Source: Hyphomicrobiales bacterium (GTDB lineage: Bacteria > Pseudomonadota > Alphaproteobacteria > Rhizobiales > Aestuariivirgaceae). Taken from it: a stretch of DNA of 49,217 nt. The notes beneath the pieces were generated by a model that was not told where the DNA came from, did no database searches, and saw only the letters and a program-made list of their open reading frames with translations. Location of the stretch: positions 1 through 49,217 of the forward strand of contig JANMQL010000181.1 of the NCBI GenBank assembly GCA_031370475.1. The letters run 5' to 3'. The position numbers and the translations under genes were made by a program. Shown piece by piece: positions 45,876 to 49,217 of the stretch. Within the stretch, counting starts at the first letter, position 1; each line of letters begins with the position of its first letter.

Positions 45876-48416
45876 ATGGAATTTCCCGTCGATGCCGTCA
45901 TTCCGCAATTGGGCGAGGCACTGGCGCGTGGGCCTGCGGCGCTGCTCGTCGCCGAGCCCGGCGCCGGCAAGACGACGCGGGTGCCGCTCAAGCTGCTCGA
46001 TGCGCCCTGGCTCGGGCGCAGCAAGATCGTCATGCTCGAGCCCAGGCGGCTGGCGGCGCGGGCGGCGGCGCATCGCATGGCGGAAACCCTGGGCGAAGAA
46101 ATTGGCGAAACCGTCGGCTACACGGTGCGCCTCGACCGCAAAGTCTCGGGCCGCACCCGCATCGAAGTGGTCACCGAAGGCATCCTCACGCGCCGCCTGC
46201 AGAGCGACCCGGAACTCAAGGGCATAGGCCTCGTCATCTTCGACGAATTCCATGAACGCTCCCTCGACGGCGATCTCGGCCTCGCCCTGACCCTCGACGT
46301 GCAGCGGGCGCTGCGCGGCGATCTCAAGATGCTGGTGATGTCGGCGACGCTGGATGTGACGCGCCTCGCCCGGCACCTGGGCGGGGCTCCGGTCATCGAC
46401 GCGCCGGGACGGATCTATCCGGTCGAGACCCGCTATCTCGACAAGGCGCAGCGCCAGACGGTTTCGCTGGATGCATCGCGCGCCGTGCGCCGGGCGCTTA
46501 CCGAGACGGACCAAAGCATCCTCGTCTTTCTGCCCGGCGAGGCGGAAATCCGCCGGACCGAAGAAGCGCTCCTTGCTTCCGGCCTACCGCCGGACGTCGA
46601 CGTGCGGCCGCTCTATGGCGCCATGGGCTTCGCCGAGCAGGACGCGGCAATCCGGCCGTCGCCTCCGGGCCGACGCAAGATCGTGCTGGCCACCACCATC
46701 GCCGAGACCAGTCTCACCATCGACGGCATCGGCACCGTCATCGATGCGGGCTTCAAGCGGGTGCCCCGCTTCGATCCGGCCAGCGGCATGACGGCGCTGG
46801 AAACCGTCCGCGTCAGCCTTGCCGCCGCCGATCAAAGGCGCGGCCGGGCCGGAAGATTGGGACCGGGCATCTGCTACCGGCTGTGGCCGGAGGCGGAAAC
46901 GCGGGCGCTGGCGCCGCACGATCAGCCGGAAATTCTGATAGCCGATCTGGCGCCCACGGTGCTCGAACTTGCCGCCTGGGGGGTGAGCGATGGGCGCGGA
47001 CTTGCCTGGCTCGACGCCCCGCCCGAAGCCGCCTTCGCCCAGGCCCAGGATCTGCTGCGCCGCCTTGAGGCCATCGACGCGCAAGGCCGGATCACCGCCA
47101 TGGGCAAGGCCATGGTGAAGCTGCCGCTACATCCCCGCCTCGCCCATATGGTGGTTAAGGGCGCCAGTCCGCTCGCCGCCGATCTTGCCGCACTCCTGTC
47201 GGAACGCGACGGACTTGGTCGCGGGGCGGGTTGCGATATTGGCGCGCGGCTCGAGCAATTGCGCGGCCCCGCCCGCGACCGCATCCGCGCAGCGGCGAAA
47301 CAGATACGGCAGATTGCCGGGATCGCCGACCAACAACACCCGTCATCCCGGCGAAAGCCGGGATCCACGCCGCAGCGTGATGGAACCGATGACGCTGCTG
47401 ACGTCCGTCACGCCGAGGAATGGGTCCCGGCTTTCGCCGGGATGACAGCAATGGGGATCGGCGCCCTGGTGGCGCTGGCCTGGCCGGACCGCATCGCCCA
47501 GCGGCGCGGCGGCGAGCGGCGCTACCGCCTGTCGGGCGGCGGCGGCGCCATTCTGCCGGAACACGATGGGCTCGCGGTTCACGATTGGCTGGCGGTGGCG
47601 ACGACCGACGGCGCCTCGGGCGACCAGAAGATTTATCTGGCGGCTCCCTTGTCGCTCACCGAAATCGAAGAGCTCTTCGCCGATCAGATCGAGACCCGCG
47701 ACGGCGTCCTGTGGGAGAGCCGCGCCAGGGCGGTCAGCGCCAGCCGCTCGCGCCGGCTCGGCTCCCTGGTGCTGGAGGAAAAGCCCATCGCCAATGCCGA
47801 CCCGGAGGCCATGACGGCGGCGATGCTGGAAGGCGTCCGCGACATGGGACTGGCGGTCCTGCCGTGGAGCGATGCGGCGCAAAGCTTGCGGGCGCGAGTT
47901 GCATTTCTGCGACGGCTCTATGCCGATGCGGGCTGGCCCGATCTCTCCGATGCCGCGCTGACGGCAAGTCTCGACGGCTGGCTCCGGCCCTATCTCGCCG
48001 GGATCGCGCGCAAGACCCATCTCGACCGGCTCGATCTGCACGCCATCGTGCAAAACCTCATTCCCCATGAGTTGCAGCGGCGACTCGACAAGCTCGCTCC
48101 CGTCCGCATCGAAGTTCCATCGGGCGCCGATGTGCGCATCGATTACGAGAGCGAAGGCGATCCGGTGCTGAGAGTGCGGCTCCAGGAAATGTTCGGCCTC
48201 GCCAGAACGCCGTCCATCGCCGAAGGCCGGGCCCGGCTCCGGATCGAGCTCCTGTCGCCGGCCGGCCGGCCCTTGGCCGTCACCCAGTCGCTGGAAACCT
48301 TCTGGACCAACGGCTACCCCTCGGTGCGCGCCGACATGCGCGGGCGCTACCCCAAGCATTCCTGGCCGGAAGACCCGCTCGCCGCCGCCCCGGTCAAGCC
48401 GCGGCGGCTCAGATAG
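45876..48416 (+). CDS. hrpB: ATP-dependent DEAH-box RNA helicase HrpB, carrying a 35-codon palindromic insertion
   Basis: GAGKTT, DEFHERS, MSAT, ATTIAETSLTI, QRRGRAGR, RLQEMFG, LLSPAGRP and RYPKHSWP. Confidence 0.95.
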   Translation: MEFPVDAVIPQLGEALARGPAALLVAEPGAGKTTRVPLKLLDAPWLGRSKIVMLEPRRLAARAAAHRMAETLGEEIGETVGYTVRLDRKVSGRTRIEVVTEGILTRRLQSDPELKGIGLVIFDEFHERSLDGDLGLALTLDVQRALRGDLKMLVMSATLDVTRLARHLGGAPVIDAPGRIYPVETRYLDKAQRQTVSLDASRAVRRALTETDQSILVFLPGEAEIRRTEEALLASGLPPDVDVRPLYGAMGFAEQDAAIRPSPPGRRKIVLATTIAETSLTIDGIGTVIDAGFKRVPRFDPASGMTALETVRVSLAAADQRRGRAGRLGPGICYRLWPEAETRALAPHDQPEILIADLAPTVLELAAWGVSDGRGLAWLDAPPEAAFAQAQDLLRRLEAIDAQGRITAMGKAMVKLPLHPRLAHMVVKGASPLAADLAALLSERDGLGRGAGCDIGARLEQLRGPARDRIRAAAKQIRQIAGIADQQHPSSRRKPGSTPQRDGTDDAADVRHAEEWVPAFAGMTAMGIGALVALAWPDRIAQRRGGERRYRLSGGGGAILPEHDGLAVHDWLAVATTDGASGDQKIYLAAPLSLTEIEELFADQIETRDGVLWESRARAVSASRSRRLGSLVLEEKPIANADPEAMTAAMLEGVRDMGLAVLPWSDAAQSLRARVAFLRRLYADAGWPDLSDAALTASLDGWLRPYLAGIARKTHLDRLDLHAIVQNLIPHELQRRLDKLAPVRIEVPSGADVRIDYESEGDPVLRVRLQEMFGLARTPSIAEGRARLRIELLSPAGRPLAVTQSLETFWTNGYPSVRADMRGRYPKHSWPEDPLAAAPVKPRRLR
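47342..47446. repeat. 105-bp palindromic element (RPE/dRS3-like) inserted in frame in hrpB
   Basis: 26-bp terminal inverted repeats GTCATCCCGGCGAAAGCCGGGATCCA / TGGGTCCCGGCTTTCGCCGGGATGAC (one mismatch); each arm is itself a hairpin. Confidence 0.88.
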
Positions 48417-48462
48417 CCGAGCTTGACCTCGCGGGGTGCCGATGCCAAACACCGCCCCGACC

Positions 48463-49217
48463 ATGATCGACACCGCCCACATCCGGAATTTCGCCATCAT
48501 CGCCCATATCGACCACGGCAAATCGACGCTGGCCGACCGGCTGATCCAGCTCTGCGGCGCCGTCGCCGAGCGCGACATGGTCGACCAGATTCTCGACTCG
48601 ATGGACCTCGAGCGCGAACGCGGCATCACCATCAAGGCCAATACGGCGCGCCTCGATTACACGGCGCGCAACGGCGAGAAATACGTGCTCAATCTGATCG
48701 ACACGCCGGGCCATGTGGACTTCGCCTATGAAGTGTCGCGCTCGCTGGCGGCCTGCGAAGGCTCGCTCCTCGTCGTCGATGCCAGCCAGGGCGTGGAGGC
48801 CCAGACGCTCGCCAATGTCTATCAGGCGATCGCCAACAATCACGAGATCGTGCCGGTGCTCAACAAGGTCGATCTGCCGGCCGCCGAGCCCGAGCGCATC
48901 CGCCAGCAGATCGAGGACGTGATCGGCATCGACGCCTCGGACGCCGTGCCGATTTCGGCCAAGACGGGGCTCGGCGTGCCGGAAGTTCTTGAAGCCATCG
49001 TGCACCGCCTCCCCGCCCCCAAGGGCGACCGCGACGCGCCGCTCAAGGCGCTGCTGGTCGATAGCTGGTACGATACCTATCTCGGCGTCGTGGTGCTGGC
49101 CCGCATCGTCGACGGCGTCATGAGACGCGGCCAGAAGATCAAGCTGGTGTCGACCAATGCGGTCTACCAGCTCGAGCGCGTCGGCGTGTCGCGGCCGAAG
49201 CGCGAGATGGTCGACGA
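48463..49217 (+). CDS. lepA: Elongation factor 4 (partial; runs off the window end)
   Basis: [33 protein letters not shown] and [20 protein letters not shown]. Confidence 0.96.
   Translation, partial: MIDTAHIRNFAIIAHIDHGKSTLADRLIQLCGAVAERDMVDQILDSMDLERERGITIKANTARLDYTARNGEKYVLNLIDTPGHVDFAYEVSRSLAACEGSLLVVDASQGVEAQTLANVYQAIANNHEIVPVLNKVDLPAAEPERIRQQIEDVIGIDASDAVPISAKTGLGVPEVLEAIVHRLPAPKGDRDAPLKALLVDSWYDTYLGVVVLARIVDGVMRRGQKIKLVSTNAVYQLERVGVSRPKREMVD

Noticed and set aside
46922-47451. Minus-strand ORFs beginning MDPGFRRDD or containing WIPAFAGMT
   Set aside because: These are alternative-frame translations of the repeat arms inside hrpB, not separate genes.
1-49217. CRISPR array, tRNA/rRNA genes, IS transposase, integrase or prophage
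   Set aside because: I saw no regularly spaced direct repeats, no cloverleaf or rRNA signatures, and no such proteins; the repeats present are isolated palindromes. A tRNAscan/Infernal run would be the decisive check.

Overview
GC-rich, gene-dense window of mostly core genome from an alphaproteobacterium, probably Hyphomicrobiales (inferred from gene content and order). From left to right: a truncated podJ joined to a DUF72-like gene start; merR-nudC; pheA-kdsB; a membrane-anchored cytochrome c; yejA-yejA-yejBEF-ghrA; NlpC/P60, MarR and M17 aminopeptidase genes; a complete Tad/Cpa pilus locus with several CtrA boxes; EamA, matB, aminotransferase, dehydrogenase and ALDH genes; pncA-glk; prfC-DUF599; the Entner-Doudoroff operon zwf-pgl-edd-eda; a PfkB kinase; a vapBC toxin-antitoxin pair; hrpB; and the 5' part of lepA. 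I saw no rRNA, tRNA, CRISPR array, transposase or prophage gene. The least explained signal is a set of small palindromic repeat elements from at least three families: a 105-bp element inserted in frame inside hrpB (adding 35 codons), two inverted copies of a BRU-RS/RIME-like element flanking the cytochrome c gene (one inside a terminator loop), and a 205-bp mosaic element carrying a nested hairpin insert. All product calls come from motif recognition by eye, not database searches.
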